A stretch of 64,000 bases of DNA, taken from NCBI GenBank assembly GCA_964016885.1, contig OZ024740.1, forward strand, positions 201,066,001-201,130,000, given 5' to 3'. Under the pieces are notes generated by a model, which saw nothing but the letters and a program-made list of their open reading frames with translations, was not told where the DNA came from and did not search any database. Shown here in pieces: positions 42,211 to 56,975 of the stretch. Within the stretch, counting starts at the first letter, position 1. Every line of letters begins with the position of its first letter. The position numbers were made by a program, and so were the translations under genes. The stretch comes from Eledone cirrhosa. Its lineage: Eukaryota.

Positions 42211-43299
42211 TACGAACAATACGCGGATAATTTACGTCTTGGTGTGGTAGCTAAGTATATTTTATGTTTATACCACTACTTATTTGTATAGGTAACTATA
42301 GCTTACCCGTATGTTTTGTGGTGAAGGTACGTATACTTTCTAGTACGTATATATGCTAGTATTTGTTATTGGTGTATTTATTATATTATATATGCTGGTA
42401 TATGTGTATATGGTTATGTGTATATGTGTATTTTGTGTTTGTGTGTGTATGCGTCTATGCGTGTTTGCACGTATGCTAGGTGTGTATATATGTACTTTGT
42501 ATTTGGTTGACGTACGTTTGGTGAACATATGTGTATTTATCTGTAGGTATGTGTGTGTGTGCGTTATATACGTATTTATGTGTGTATATATATATATACG
42601 TTTATATAAGTATATGTATATACACACACACACACATATATTTTTTTTTGTGGGGGGGGGGGTATTTGGTGTATACGTTCGTATGTGTGCGGGTACATGT
42701 GTCGCGCGGGTTTATGTATGTGTGCGCGTCCTTTGTGTATGTGCATGTATATGCATGCATGGCGTTGTGTTTTCGCGTATGCACGTGTATGTACGTATAT
42801 AGATGCGTGTATGTATATATTTAAGGGCTGTTGCACTGGGCAATCCTAAAATCTATTCAAACTCAACATCAGAGCACGTTAACCCCCCCCCCCCCCCTCG
42901 TGCACTGGAGTGTAGGGGGCATCCTGAAAAGATAAAATGCTGGTATACCTAGCCGGGCGCCAGCTAGTATATATATATATATATCCACGGCGTGTAACTT
43001 GGTTAGTGCAGGTTCACCCGGGAGAGCACTCGATATTTAGGTTCACTTCTGTGATGAGGTGTAGAGCTATACAATGTGTAATATATTAAAAGGATAACAA
43101 GGACGATTGGTTACTCCTTCATTACATTTATTGGTAGGTGACGCGCGTTTCGCCACTGATCAGCTCAAGATTCGATCTGTATCGATCCTACCAGACTCAA
43201 TGATCGGCAGCTCGACGGACCCTTTTAAAATGCTATAAGAAAATGAAATACATGCTATGTGGTAAAGACAGAAGTTCAAGAGTTTGACAATATGAGTTG

Positions 43300-43620
43300 T
43301 TTTGATTGGTGGGAAGGATCAAAGGGATGTACTGGCCTGTAGTGTATGTGGGGGTGGATGTGATGATAAGATGTTGGTGACGGTCGCTGGCTGCGATGGG
43401 CTGCGGTGTGGTGGTGGCGGATTGGCTTTGGCCTGTAGTGTATGTGGGGGTGGATGTGATGATAAGATGGTGGTGACGGTAGCTGACTGGGATGGGCTGT
43501 GGTGTGGGGTAGTGGGTTGTCGGTAGACGGGTTGGCGTGTGTGGGGTGTGGTTGTGGTGTTGTTGTTTATGGTAGTGGCGTTTGTGGTGGTGTGGTGGAT
43601 GTGTTGGTGGTGTCGAGTCT
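43300..43620. repeat. GT-rich region with a tandem duplication of about 96 bp
   Basis: TGGCCTGTAGTGTATGTGGGGGTGGATGTGATGATAAGATG occurs twice. Confidence 0.7.
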
Positions 43621-44004
43621 ATGGGGAGATACATACCTAGACACTCTTAGTTTGACAAATACGTTGTATTTATATATACATACATGCGCATATATACTGA
43701 TATATATACACACATACGTACACACTTATATACACACACATACACGCGCCCACATGGATCCACACTTACATATATCTATATGCATATATACACACATGTA
43801 TGTGCATGCGCGCGTGTGGATATATATAGAGAGAGTGGGGGGTGCCGTAGAACAAAGATAGAGGGAAGGTGAGAGCCAATGGAGATGGTGTTGTACATAT
43901 AGACATACACATACATACATACATACACACATACGCACACACACACACACATACGGATATGAACACATACACGTACACACACGTATACATAAACATACAT
44001 ACAC

Positions 44005-44205
44005 GTAATTAACTCGGCAACTAAAGGGCTTATAGATCCCATTCCTTAAGTTTACAATGAATATTTTTTAAAAAGCTGAATTAATTAACTCGGCAACCAA
44101 ACGGCTTATAGATCCCATTCATTAAGTTTACAATGAATATTTTAAAAAACTGAATGAATTAAATCGGCAACCCAAAGGCTTATAGATCCCATTCATTAAG
44201 TTTAC
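44005..44205. repeat. Three tandem units of about 70-76 bp
   Basis: AATTAACTCGGCAAC..GGCTTATAGATCCCATTC.TTAAGTTTACA x3. Confidence 0.85.
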
Positions 44206-44874
44206 ATACATGTATTCTTTAAACTTTTCATTTGACTTTGAAAAATACTACTTACTGTTAGTGGTGGTTACATGTATTAGAATTAAAATAAAAATGATAT
44301 CGGAAAAAACATACCTGAAAACACGCGTCCCTTCTTCGCAATTTAAGGGTTTTATTTCTTTTGATGGAAAACAGTGACCGTTTTCGGTTTGGCATTTCGT
44401 AAAATGGTACTGCAGAATCGATTTCATAAAACGGTACTGTTTGTTAACAGCGAAAGAACGTTGTGTTTGATATGTTATGAAAAAATTGATGATTTTAAAA
44501 ATGTGTATGAAATTGTAAATAAGACAATGAATATTGAAAGCGACTACGGAAAATAACTCATCCAAGTATTAGAACAGGGGGAAATAACTCACCGAAACGA
44601 TAGTAAATAGACCATTTGGGGGCCCTAGGGACCACATTTTTCAAGTTAGAGATTTGAAACCTCATCTATTTGCTTCCTTGGCACTTTTTACATAGGTGTG
44701 TAAATTTTCATGTCCGTCCGACCACGTCTACTACCATTTAACCGTGCACAACTGAATTTCAACCACCACCCATTTCACAAATATATATTAGATATATATA
44801 TATAATATATAATTGTAATGTTGTGCTATTGTACGTCAACCTCTACTTTTATATAATCTGTTATTGGATGAACT

Positions 44875-45185
44875 TTTCAATACACTACAGTTTGACACTA
44901 GAGTTCCACACTACAATATACTAGAGTTTAACACTACAATACACATTTCAACACCACAAAACACTAGAGTTCAACACTATAAGGTTTTAACACTACAAGA
45001 CACAACAGTTTAACAGTACAATACACTACAATTTAACACTACAATACACTATAATTTAACACTACAATACACTATAATACACAACAGTTTAATATCACAA
45101 GTCAGTACAGTTGTTCCCTACGAGAAACCAGAGATTAATACTGTGAAACACTATAGTTTAAACACTGAAAGACACTACAGCTTAA
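44875..45185. repeat. Degenerate minisatellite (ACACTACAAT / ACACTACAGTTTA units)
   Basis: Direct reading. Confidence 0.8.
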
Positions 45186-47100
45186 TATATCAAGCTAGCT
45201 AAACATTCAATGCTCTGAACATTTTGTGCACTTCAGCGTGTTTACTTATGATAACTATTTATAGCTTTGTTTCAGTCTGTATGCCTTTTAGACATCGATA
45301 TAACTATAATAAAAAGTGTAATGTTATCCTGATTATTTGTCTAATATCCTGTACATATAGGTTATTGGTTCGTTGAACTTGTAAGTATATATACAAGATT
45401 CTATAGAATAAAGTTGTCTTCCTACCTTGAAGTCTGCAAAGAAACGAATAAAAACAACAGCTAAAATATACAGTTTTGTTCTGCCTGGACAGTAGAAATT
45501 AGAGAAACTTTCCAAATGAGTGACCTTTAACCTACTCCTGACTTTAAAAAAAAATATTTTGTTATTCTCTTTCTGATTATTTAACGATTGGATTCCCTTG
45601 AAGTGTTCAGAAAATATTAATTCGTGGAAACCAAACAAGATGTTAGCTTTATAGAAAGAATTGTTTCTACGTTTGGCACAAGGCCAGCAATTACAACAAA
45701 AACAACAATTTCACTTTCACTTTTTAGGCTGTCAACGTGTTATTCTATTGAAAATTATTTTTAGTCAAAGAAATCATTTATGCATTGTCACTTTTTATTT
45801 CTCTTTTTTTTTCTTCCTTTAAAATAATTGTTTTTCCGTAGCGAACTGTTTGATTAACATGCCACTTTTAGTAAATTCTTGTAGCAATTATTTTATAATG
45901 CTTCAGCAGTAATCGTATATATTTCTGAATGTTTTTAGAATATATTTCCTACTATTCAGATTATTATGTTGAGTACTTTAAACAACTGACAAGCAATAAC
46001 AGAATAATAGAAACTAAAAAAAAAAATATAAAAAAACTATTATTTGTTACTCTATGATACTAGACAATGGTTCAAATATGTCAGGAATGGTTTCAAATCA
46101 ACATTTAAAGCAGCTGAATCATTGAATTCATAATTAACTTCACTTAGAATGGTTAATGCAACATATCCTGTTGTCTTCTGATACCAGGTTTTTACCTTGT
46201 TTTCAGGTTTCAGGTGAGATACGCTGTTGAGCAAAAAATCTACAGTTAAATGTGTTTTCTCCTATTTTTAGTTGTTTCATGAATTCGAAATATTTCTACA
46301 TCATTTATTTTCTCTTTCAGTTGCTCATATGGATGCACACATGGCTGTGTGGTTAGGGATTTCATTCCTAATACAACATATTGTTTATCAAAGTCATTAT
46401 TTGAATATTGTAGTGACATGTGGCCTAATGGTTAGTGCATTCGTCTTACGATCGTAAGGTTCTGAGATTTGATTACTAGCAGGAAGTTGTGTTCTCCATC
46501 AAGACACTTCATTTTATGTTGCCCCAGTGCAAACATCTGACAAAATTTAGTCGTAGATATAATACGAAAAGCCAACCTTATCACACACTGCATCACATAT
46601 ACCTCTAAACATATATTATATCCACACAGACAACGATAACCATTACCTGCAAAAATATACATATACACAAATGCACAGACATACATAGTTACATAGCTGA
46701 TTTTAGTCTAAATTCCAATTAAAGACTATTATTTTTGGCAGTATCGGTAGAGGGTCGGACGCCATGCTTTGCAGCAAAGAGTTACAGCCCTTTATGGTCT
46801 GAGTTCAAATCCCGCCGAGGTTAACTTTGCCTTTCATCCTTACAGGGTCGATAAAATAAAGTACCAGTAATACACTGGGTAATTTCTGGCCTTGTGCCAA
46901 AAGTAGAAACAATTATTTTTAGAAACTCTCTCTCTCTCTCCCTCTCTCTCCTCACCCTTTCTGTATCACTCACTTCTATTAGTGCGAAATTAATTTTAAA
47001 AAATTGAAAACCAGAAGACCATGCATGCATACATACCAGATCTCCAATAGTATTTAAACATGTATTTCATAAATGAAATACCATAGATACACGCGCACGT

Positions 47101-47198
<98 letters not shown>

Positions 47199-47427
47199 AT
47201 ATACACTCACACATACACACACATATACATGCACACAAACACACACATACACACTTACACATAGACACATACAGACACATACAGACACACATACATACAT
47301 ACACACATGATGATGATGGCTGCCCCCTTGTCATCGAGTATCGCCATTGCACGATATAACATTATTCTCGAGTTGCCTTCTCCTAGAAGAATGCCCTGGG
47401 AGGGAAAGACATACATACATATATACA

Positions 47428-47840
47428 TGGTGGTTGCCAACTCGTTTTCGAGTACGGCCACTACTTTATATCCATGTAGGAGAACCCCTACCGATGCGCT
47501 GAACGAGTGTGACTTTTTAGTCCAGCCAGCGACTTGAAAACTCTGGTACAAACACTACACTTGTGACAATTATTGACACATAGTGCTGGGCCCATGGTAC
47601 CATGTGACGACAAGTGCAGAGAGATCTCCAGATATAAAGCAATGCCTGTGCCGTGAAGCTTTTATAGTGAACAAAGGCACTGCACAAAGCCAGTCCCACT
47701 CTCTTAACCAAGATGATATTTACCAAAAAGAAGAACAAGTCAACATCATTGGATGCCATCACGGTTGCAGGTGTTAAATCAGAGTTTTCCTTCTCCTAGA
47801 ATTCTGCCTTGACAAAGGCTAAGGGGTCATCTCTCCCGGC
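47428..47840 (-). mobile_element. Family C short element, copy 3, within (CATA)n
   Basis: Near-identical to 11090-11502. Confidence 0.85.
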
Positions 47841-48420
47841 ATACATACATACATACATACAGACTCACAAACGGATAAACTCACACACATTCATAAACAC
47901 ATACACATTCACAAATACATACTCACGCTACATACACACACTACAACTACAACATATATAGTATCTAGGGGTGAGCATTATCGTAACGCCAGACTCTTCT
48001 CTTATGGGAAATACCTAACATACTGGAACAAAAGAATTCTCAGCGTCATGCTGCAAAACTACACAAATGCAGAAAATATATCATTTCAATTATGTATCAA
48101 TGGTGTTTATCCTCACCCTTTGTCAATGCTTCCCATCCATATATATTTGTCTATCTCTTTATCTGTCTGTCAGTGATGATATATAAAGATCTTATTTCTA
48201 ATTATCATATATACGAATGTATGAACCTATACACTTTTTGTGTGTATTTTATATGTTCACATACACAAGCAAACGTACAAAAGCTGATATATATTTATTT
48301 ACACTCATAAGGCATTTCTGTTAATTGATATGTAATATATATATATATATATATATATATTTGTGTGTGTGTGTATGGACGAATGTATGTATGTGTCTGA
48401 GTGTATTTGTATGCGTGTGA

Positions 48421-48467
<47 letters not shown>

Positions 48468-48881
48468 TCAATATAATTATTTGTATATGTGTGTGCAAGT
48501 GTGTCTGTTGAACGTGTGTGTATTTACCTGTGTGTATGCATACGTGGAAAAGGTTTAAAATATCTATGCATATTGTGCTAATAATTGCGTAAATATTTAT
48601 ATTCATAGGCGTAGGTATCACATATATATTTGATTGCATGTGACCTGAATGGTATTCAGAATTGTAGCATTAATATGACTTCCAATCATCGGGAGATTAT
48701 AAAATGACCAAACAATAATACCAAACATATCATACGACAGGTGAATACTGAGAATTATACAAATTGAAAGAAGTCTATTAAATATCTTCTCGCTCTATAT
48801 ATCTATCGTTCAAGCTATTTCCCTACACACCTATATATATACATATATATATCTACATCAGCCAATCTCTCTCCCTCCCCC

Positions 48882-48925
<44 letters not shown>

Positions 48926-49055
48926 GTATATATATATATAAATATATATATATAAACATACCTATACATATATTATCTATATATATATATTATATATATA
49001 TACTTCTCTCTCTATCTGTCTCTCTTTCTGTTTATTGCTATCACCGACTATCTGC

Positions 49056-49115
<60 letters not shown>

Positions 49116-49168
49116 CTAAACTAAAATTTGATCGTTTTAACACTTTGTATATATATATATATATATAT

Positions 49169-49886
49169 ACGATATTAAATAAATGGAAACTATATTTATA
49201 AAACCATATTTATTTCATTATATATATTTCAGGGATATCATATTAAAAATATGGTATGCCTTCTTCAGACAAAATACAATATAAACAGTCTCATAAATAG
49301 ATAGATTTGACATACCTTACGACTTCAACTTCCATTTAAAAAGTTGATTTGGTAGTGAAAAATGTTAGGGACAGTTATAAAAATCTATATCTATCTCTCT
49401 CTATTTTTTCTCTCTCTCTCTTCTCTCTCTCTCTCTCTATCTATCTCCCTCTGTGTTTTTTCTCTCTCTATCTAGCTCTCTCTGTTTCTTTACATGAATT
49501 TCTTCTCTCTATCTATCTCTCTATATCTATCTCTCTCTATTTAGTTGCATGCATTTCTTCTTTTTCTTCGCTCTTTTTCTTTCTTTCTTTTTATAACTGT
49601 CCCTAACATTTTTCACTACCAAATCAACTTTTTAAATGGAAGTTGAAGTCGTAAGGTATGTCAAATCTATCTATTTATAAGACTGTTTATATTGTATTTT
49701 GTCTGAAGAAGGCATACCATATTTTTAATATGATATCCCTGAAATATATATAATGAAATAAATATGGTTTTATAAATATAGTTTCCATTTATTTAATATC
49801 GTAAATATACTCCAAATACTTTTTGAGTGCTTTTATATCAGTTATAAATATTTACTCGTTGTAACCCAACAATTTAAATAAAACTT

Positions 49887-49890
<4 letters not shown>
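49169..49890. mobile_element. Fold-back unit of the 31431-33255 family; hammerhead-like core 49700-49752(+)
   Basis: 49169-49383 is complementary to 49590-49802; flanked by (TA)n. Confidence 0.88.
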
Positions 49891-49941
<51 letters not shown>

Positions 49942-49961
49942 ATCTGTCTGTCTATATATCT

Positions 49962-50670
49962 ACCGGGGGGGCTCTACGCGTTCGAGAGAGGCTCTACAGA
50001 CACGGGCGCCCGGGCAGGGATCCCTCAAAAAAGATTTGCCCTAGATGCGTGCGTCACGAAGAAACCGTTGCGCACGCATTGGTGCAATGTCCGGGCGTGG
50101 CTGATCTGTGGGGCTACGCCGAACGACTGCTGTCGCGGGTGGCGCCGATTAAATTGACCGCCGAGTCCGTGATGACAATCAAACCGCCTCCCCTCTTCAC
50201 AAAGGAAGCAAAGGCGGTTTTTCTGTGCGTAATAGCCATGTTGAAAGAGGTTGTTTGGTGGACACGATTGAAAGGTCTGAGGTCAGGCAACTTCCTCTCT
50301 GGCCATAGTCTGGTCTACTTCTTCCGATATCACTTCGGAAGAAGGATAAGAATGGAGAGAGGGGTGCTTGGCCACAGGCAGTTTTATGAAAGGTGGGTGA
50401 TAGTGGCGAGAATGGCTCGTGTAAATGGGCCTTCTCCGTATACCATCCTGTAGGTAAAGAAGTAAAGGAGAGGGGAGCACCTTCTCCATGTGCTCCCCGG
50501 GCAAAGGATTGCACACTTTTTCGGGGGTGTGTGCAACCCCCATCACGTCCCCTCCCTTTTGAGGTTATTTTCGATTATTTTCATGTTACACCCTTTTTAC
50601 TCGATTATATGTAAACTCCCCCTTTGTATTTGTCCCTTCTTTTTATGCCTTTATGGTAAATAAAGAAATC
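49962..50670 (+). mobile_element. 5'-truncated Tx1-like LINE
   Basis: CPRC..ETVAHALVQC...RVNGPS; ends AATAAAGAAA-TCTATCTAT. Confidence 0.9.
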
Positions 50671-50742
50671 TATCTATGTCTCATATATATATATATATAT
50701 ATTTATATATCCGTCTCTCTCTCTCTCTCTCTCTCTCGCTCG

Positions 50743-50826
<84 letters not shown>

Positions 50827-50934
50827 GTGACTATCGCTCGGCTTGTCTTCCTGTCTCTGTCTACATAACTATTTGCTTCTATAATTGCATATTAAGAGTA
50901 TTTTCTATGAACACAATTACTTGTCAGCCTGGAT

Positions 50935-53552
50935 GTCTAACAACCATTCGTCAACAGCAGGTGGTGGGGATCTCTCAAAAGAGAGATTAGAGTAGTCTCT
51001 ATAGAATTTAGTAAGGAGTTAGCCTCAAATAGAAATAGGAAGGAAAGGGAGTTGGTAGATAGTGTAGAAGAGGCAATTAGAAGCGGCGACGTGGCCAGAG
51101 TGCTAGCGTCGAGAACGGCCCTGGGCCAGTTCTTCGACGCGAAACACGAAGGCTACATCGTCCGAAACAAAATACCTGCTCTGGGAAACGAGGGGACCAA
51201 AGCGGTTAGCTGGGCCCGCGTGACAGAAGCCAAAAGAGGGAGTAGATCCACTCTCCGGTCTTTGCGAGACCAGGATGGACGGGTGATCCTTGAACCTAAG
51301 CAGATGTGCGAGGCTTTTCAAAAGCACTTTGCCAGATTGTTCGGAAGGGGCGGGGAGCCGGTTGGGGAAGTGGACTTCGGTCGATACCTCGACGGCCTAC
51401 CGCGTCTCTCGGACAGGGAGGCGAAGTCCTGCGAGGAGCCGATTTCAGCCGCTGAGATAGAGGACGTGCTGAGCCAATGCGGCAAACGCAAATCCCCGGG
51501 TCTCCATAGGAACTATATCTAGCTATGCCGGACTTGTTCCCCGATCTTCTCGAGGTGGTCTACTGCAACTGGCAACAGAACGGGGGGATTCCCTGAGCTG
51601 TGACCAAGGGCGTAGTCACGCTAGTGAGGAAGGACGAGAACAAGGGGAACGATATAAATAATTTCAGGCCCATAACTCTGCTAAATACAGAGTTACAGAT
51701 TTTGGCCAAGCTGCTAGCAAAGAGGTTGGCGCTTGTCGTGGGCAACCTGGTGGGAGATGCGCAGACATGTGCAATCCCGTCCAGGTCCATCCATGACAAC
51801 CTCCACCTCATGCGATACATCATAGAGAGGGTTGGGAACGAACCCGGCTTTGGTGGGGCCCTGATCAACTTGGATAAATCTAAGGCGTTCGATAGGGTCG
51901 ACCATCTTTACCTGGATGCGGTGCTAACGGCGGCAGGCTTCGGACCCGTTTTCAGGGGCTGGATCAATGCCATGCACAGCAGCCGCATCTGCTCTAGGAT
52001 CAAGGTGAACGGCTACCTCTCGGAGCCGTTCGAAATCGCGCGGTCCATCCGACAAGGGTGCCCTCTCTCCTCCCTTCTGTATGTAATGACTCTAGAGCCA
52101 CTGCTGCGGAAGTTGGAGTTGTTGCAGGGCATCCCGTTGGAACCGGGATTGCCGAAAACGGTGTCGGCCTACGCCGACGACGTAACAGTAATGGTGTCGA
52201 CGGCCTCGGAAATCGGGGCGATCGGCATCTTACTGGAGAAGTACGAAAGGTTTACAGGGGCTAAGCTGAACCGGGACAAGTCGATTGGTCTGCAACTTGG
52301 CACGTGGAGGGGCAGATCGATGCCCTCCGATGGCGCCGTCGGGCGCTGGACGGAGGGCCCGATGAAGTTGCTCGGGGTCTGGTTCGGACCAGACCTCCAA
52401 GTGGAGAAGAACTGGGGTGAGGTAACGAACAGAGTGTTTGCACTGACCCAGAAGTGGGCCGAGTGCAAACTGTCCCTGAAGGGTCGGGCGGAGGTGGCGA
52501 ACACTTATATAGCATCCGTCATCTACTACCGCCTGACCGTTGTGCCTTGCCCAAGGGAAACGCTCGCCAAAATGGAGCGCGCACTCTTCCAATTCCTTTG
52601 GAAGAAGCGGGCTCCTATGGTGAGGAGATCCATCTGCTGTCAACACCCTTCGAAAGGAGGGCTGGGGATGCCGTGGCTAATGATACGTAAACACGCATTA
52701 AGGCTACGGCACCTTCAGGTATTCCTCACCGGTCAACCGGTGTGGGCCCCATTTGTGAGGCGAGCCTTTCCCAGACTCGTCTCACTCACCGAGCTGCAAT
52801 CCTGGGTCAAGCAAAGACCGAGAAAACTGGGCGCCTGGCACACCACGTGTGCCCAGGCGCTCACGGATCTCTGGCAGGCGGACCGGGCTGTCAGTGGAGA
52901 ATCCACCTCGTCATTCTATAGAGGGCTGGTGGTTAGCAGGTGCGACGACGTCCTCGGAGAAGCCCTAGGCATGGAGGAAGACGAACTGGACAACCTGTTC
53001 GGTAGGACATTCAGCCCGGGACCCATGGATAACTTCCAGAGGTCCTTGGCCTGGCAGTGCTACCGAGGGGCTCTGCCCGTTCGAGAAAGGCTCTACAGAC
53101 ACGGGCGCCCGGATAGGGACCCCTCGAAAAAGATCTGTCCCAGATGCGTGTGCGACGAGGAAACCGTTGCACACGCATTGGTACACTGCTCGGGCATTGC
53201 CGATATGTGGGGCTATGTCGAACAACTGCTGTCAAGGGTTGGACCGATCCGGTTGACCACCGAGTCTATTGTAACGATCAAGCCGCCTCTCCTCTTCAAA
53301 AACAAAGGAGAGGCGGTGTTTCTGTGCGTAATAGCCATTGCGACAGAGGTTGTATGGTGGACGCGTCTGAAAGGACTGAGGTCAGACACCTTTCTCTCTG
53401 GCCAACAACTGGTCCGTTTCTTCCGATATCATTTCGGAAGAAGGATCAGGATGGAGAGAGAGGTACTGCACCCCAGCCGTTTTTATGAAAGATGGGTGAA
53501 AGTGGCGAGAATGGCCCATGTGAATGGGCCTTCACTCTACATCAGACTATAG
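50935..53552 (+). CDS. Tx1-like (L1 clade) ORF2: RT plus C-terminal zinc finger; 650-aa intact stretch 51600-53552, upstream part disrupted
   Basis: KSPG, NFRPITLLN, LDKSKAFDRV, IRQGCPLS, SAYADDV, GGLG, CPRC..ETVAHALVHC. Confidence 0.93.
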
Positions 53553-54410
53553 GTGAGGAAGATGAAAGATCAAGGGAGCACCCCCTCTCTGTGCTCCTGA
53601 GGAGAAGGGTTGCACACTTTTTTTTCGGGGGTGTGTGCGACCCCCCTCCCCAAGGCGCCTCCTCCCTATTGAGGATTTTGTTATAAAATTTATTTTGTTA
53701 TATTTTATTTTATTTTTATATTTTGTTATTTCCTCCTCCTTATTGAGGACGCCTTGTTATTTAAACTCCCCCCCCCCCCCCATTGTACTTGTCCCTCTTT
53801 TTGATGCCCTGGTGGCAAATAAAAAGAAAATTATCTATTTTTCTTATGTAAAACCCCCGCCGTCACGTCTTGTAATGTCCCATTTTTGTAAGCCCCTGTG
53901 GCAAATAAAGAAAGATACCTATTTTCTTATCTATCTATCTGCCTATCTTATCTATCTGTCTGTCTATCTATTTGTCTATTTATGCATTTGTCTATCTATC
54001 TAGGCATACTGGACAATGTAGTTTAAGAAATTATATAGAGACAGGATGATTATATATCAAATGCTCAACTACCATCATATGGAGTACATGAAATATTACT
54101 GGACAAAAATCACAACATAAAAATCTATTACTCAATATGACATGAAAAGAAGAGATTACTTACCAATCTAAAAACGTACAAAAAATGCAACAGCTTGCAG
54201 TTGAGGAGTCATGAAAATATGTTGCTACGATGGAATGACAGCATGAGGTAGGGCTTTATAGAGAAAACACTACAGAAATTGTTATATTTTATATTTTATA
54301 TTTTTATATTTTGTTATTGCCTCCTCCTTATTGAGGACGCCTTTGTATGTAAACTCCCCCATTGTACTTGTCCCACTCTTTGACGCCCTGGTGGCAAATA
54401 AAAAGAAAGT
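53553..54410 (+). mobile_element. Tx1 3' UTR and reiterated 3' termini
   Basis: GTGGCAAATAAA(A)AGAAA terminus near 53825, 53910 and 54405, each followed by TCTA-like sequence. Confidence 0.8.
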
Positions 54411-54637
54411 TATCTATCTATCTATCTATCTCTGGAATGGACACACGCGTGAAACTTGCTGGGTAAGTTCTGCCTAAAATTCTATAGAAACTCTTAACTG
54501 TAAACCTTCCTTTTTATACCAATTTGTAGAGGGACTGCCAGGTCCAATTTTGATCTGGTCAGTCTCAAAATATTCTACCCCTTTAGGCGAAATAGTTCAT
54601 AAAATCTTTTGGGGAAAAACTAATATTTTTAAAAAAA

Positions 54638-56400
54638 ATGGCTGAAGCTTCTTCACCAACATTCGAAGGAGGAAAGGGGAAGATATGCTTACAGCTTCCC
54701 CCTACCACTGTCATAGTAGCAGATGTCAAAGACAAAGGTCAGCAAGAGGAAGGATTTTCTCCACCTGCTGACCGACAACTTGACGTTGCCATGGCAACAA
54801 ACCAAAACCAAAAGTGTGAAACAATGGACAAAAACAACACAACCAGTGGCACCAGCAACAACAACAACAATGCTATGAACGAAAACAACACCAACAACAA
54901 GAACAATAACAGCAACAACAATAACACCAATAACTGCAACAAGGAAGTAAACGACAAAATATCGTTTGCGCAAGCCGTAAAGAAAACGGTAAGCTACACT
55001 CCGGTAGATATTTCAAATGCAAATGAGCTTTTGAATAACGCCAGACAATACATAACTTTTGGGGAGAACGGATCATTCTCCATAAACTCTCCCCCAGATT
55101 TGTGAAGAGAAGCTGCTTTGAAAACTGTGGTTTTCAGGACAGTCTCAAACAAAACTCGAAAACCGACTAAACTTTCACAAGGCGAAATTGAGTTTGTTTT
55201 AGAAGATGCCTTAAAAGACATTGCTTTCATTCAGAAGGGTAGACTCTACGGGAGTTTATCCATTCTGATGAAAGACCAACTGACGGCACAGAAATATTCT
55301 GTGTCGCCAATTGTGTCACCGTTGTTCACCTTTTTCCCCCACTTACATGGGGAAAAGAACACAGAAAATAAAAATCCAAAGTATCACACCAAATATTGAT
55401 ATTTGGTGGGTACTATGTGGATTTTTAAACCTCGAAAAACACTCAATAATATTGGTAGGTAAGTCCTCCAGCGACCTGTTCAGCGGAACTAGCCTGGAAA
55501 TTCTGGTCCAAATGACACCAGAACGAATGGCTAGGATCCCGGCACGTGTACTGCTGGATGGGGTTATATACATAAACATTTCGGTCGAGGGTAAGCGGCT
55601 CTCATGTTACCATTGCCTAAGCAGGGGTCACCTGAGAGCTTCCTGTCCTCGGCTAACTAGCCAATAAAAAGACATTACTGCCAACACCTGCAACACCAGC
55701 ACAACAATCACCACCACCACCACCACCACAACAACAACAACATAAAAGAATAGTGACAACAAAACAAACGACAAACACAGTCCCACCCAACCCCTCCCCA
55801 CCTAAAACAAATCCAGAACACCAACACACATAACAGCTCCCCAAAATGTACCCCTCCCCAACGACCAGTAAAAGAAAAAAGAAAAGACATAACACAAACA
55901 AAAATGCAACAAACACATAAACACCAACACAAGCGACGCAAACAGCCCCCCCACCCCCTGAAAACAAAACATCTGCTACAAAACGTAAACACACACAAGA
56001 ACCACAAACAAAAAACAACACAACACAACAAAAATGTTAAACCTACATAAATACTAACAATAAAACTTTAACAGACACCATATATAAAAAACCTTCGGTG
56101 GAGACCGAAGGGAGAACTTTTACACACTCTTCGGAGAATCCTAATCTCAAAATGATTAGGATGTCCATGGACACACATAAACATTTAAAAGAAAAATTTC
56201 CTAATGACGTAGGTAACCCCTGCGTGAAACCCTATAACCGCGTCCTTTTGAAATGTTTCCCCACCCCCACCCCACCTGACACACCCTCCCCACCAAACAT
56301 CTCCGTCCCCACCTCGCCAGAGACCACCACCCCACCAAACAACCCCTCCAACACCCCCATGGAAATCGTGCAGCCTGGTCTCCAGGAGACGAAGAAGTGA
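54638..56400 (+). pseudogene. Tx1-like ORF1 (gag-like, CCHC knuckle), disrupted
   Basis: SFAQAVK, CYHCLSRGHLRASC, Asn/Thr/Pro-rich tracts; stops and frameshifts. Confidence 0.82.
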
Positions 56401-56440
56401 GTGATTTCTTTTCCTCTTCTTTTAACTTTTCACCACCAAC

Positions 56441-56975
56441 ATGGCCAATATAAGAATTGGATGTGTGAATGTACGCGGCCTGGGGATGCCCTGGAAACAG
56501 GGCAAACTCTTAAACGACCTCATATCCCACAGTATTGATGTAGTAGTCATTTGCGAGTCCAGGATCCACAGCGAGCGACAACTAGTCCCCATCTTCGACG
56601 ATTTTGAGATCTACGCACCTCTCTGTCAGCCGGAGGTGGGGGTGGGGTTGCCGTTTTGCTGCGGAAACACCGGGACCTCGTAACACAGACGATACATCTG
56701 GACCCGGAGGGTCGACTGGTGGTCCTAGACGTTGACGGTAGTGAAGGTGGAGCCTTCAGGCTGGTGGCCGCATATGCCCCATCCGGGACACCGCGGCCAG
56801 ACTTCTTCAAACGTCTAGAGACTTTTCTGGGAACGTCCCGCTCCCTGCTGTTAGTGAGGGACTGGAATGGAATCGTAGATGCACGTTGGGACTATGTGGG
56901 AGCATGTCCTGATAGAGGGGTGTAACAGCCTCAAACAGTTAATCGGCCGATTTCAACTGGCCGATAGATATTCCT
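56441..56975 (+). pseudogene. Tx1-like ORF2 N-terminal APE endonuclease, truncated
   Basis: MANIRIGCVNVRGL, ICES, DPEGRLVVLD, LVAAYAP, DWN. Confidence 0.88.

Noticed and set aside
44005-45185. CRISPR-like array
   Set aside because: Tandem units lack unique spacers, no cas genes, eukaryotic context
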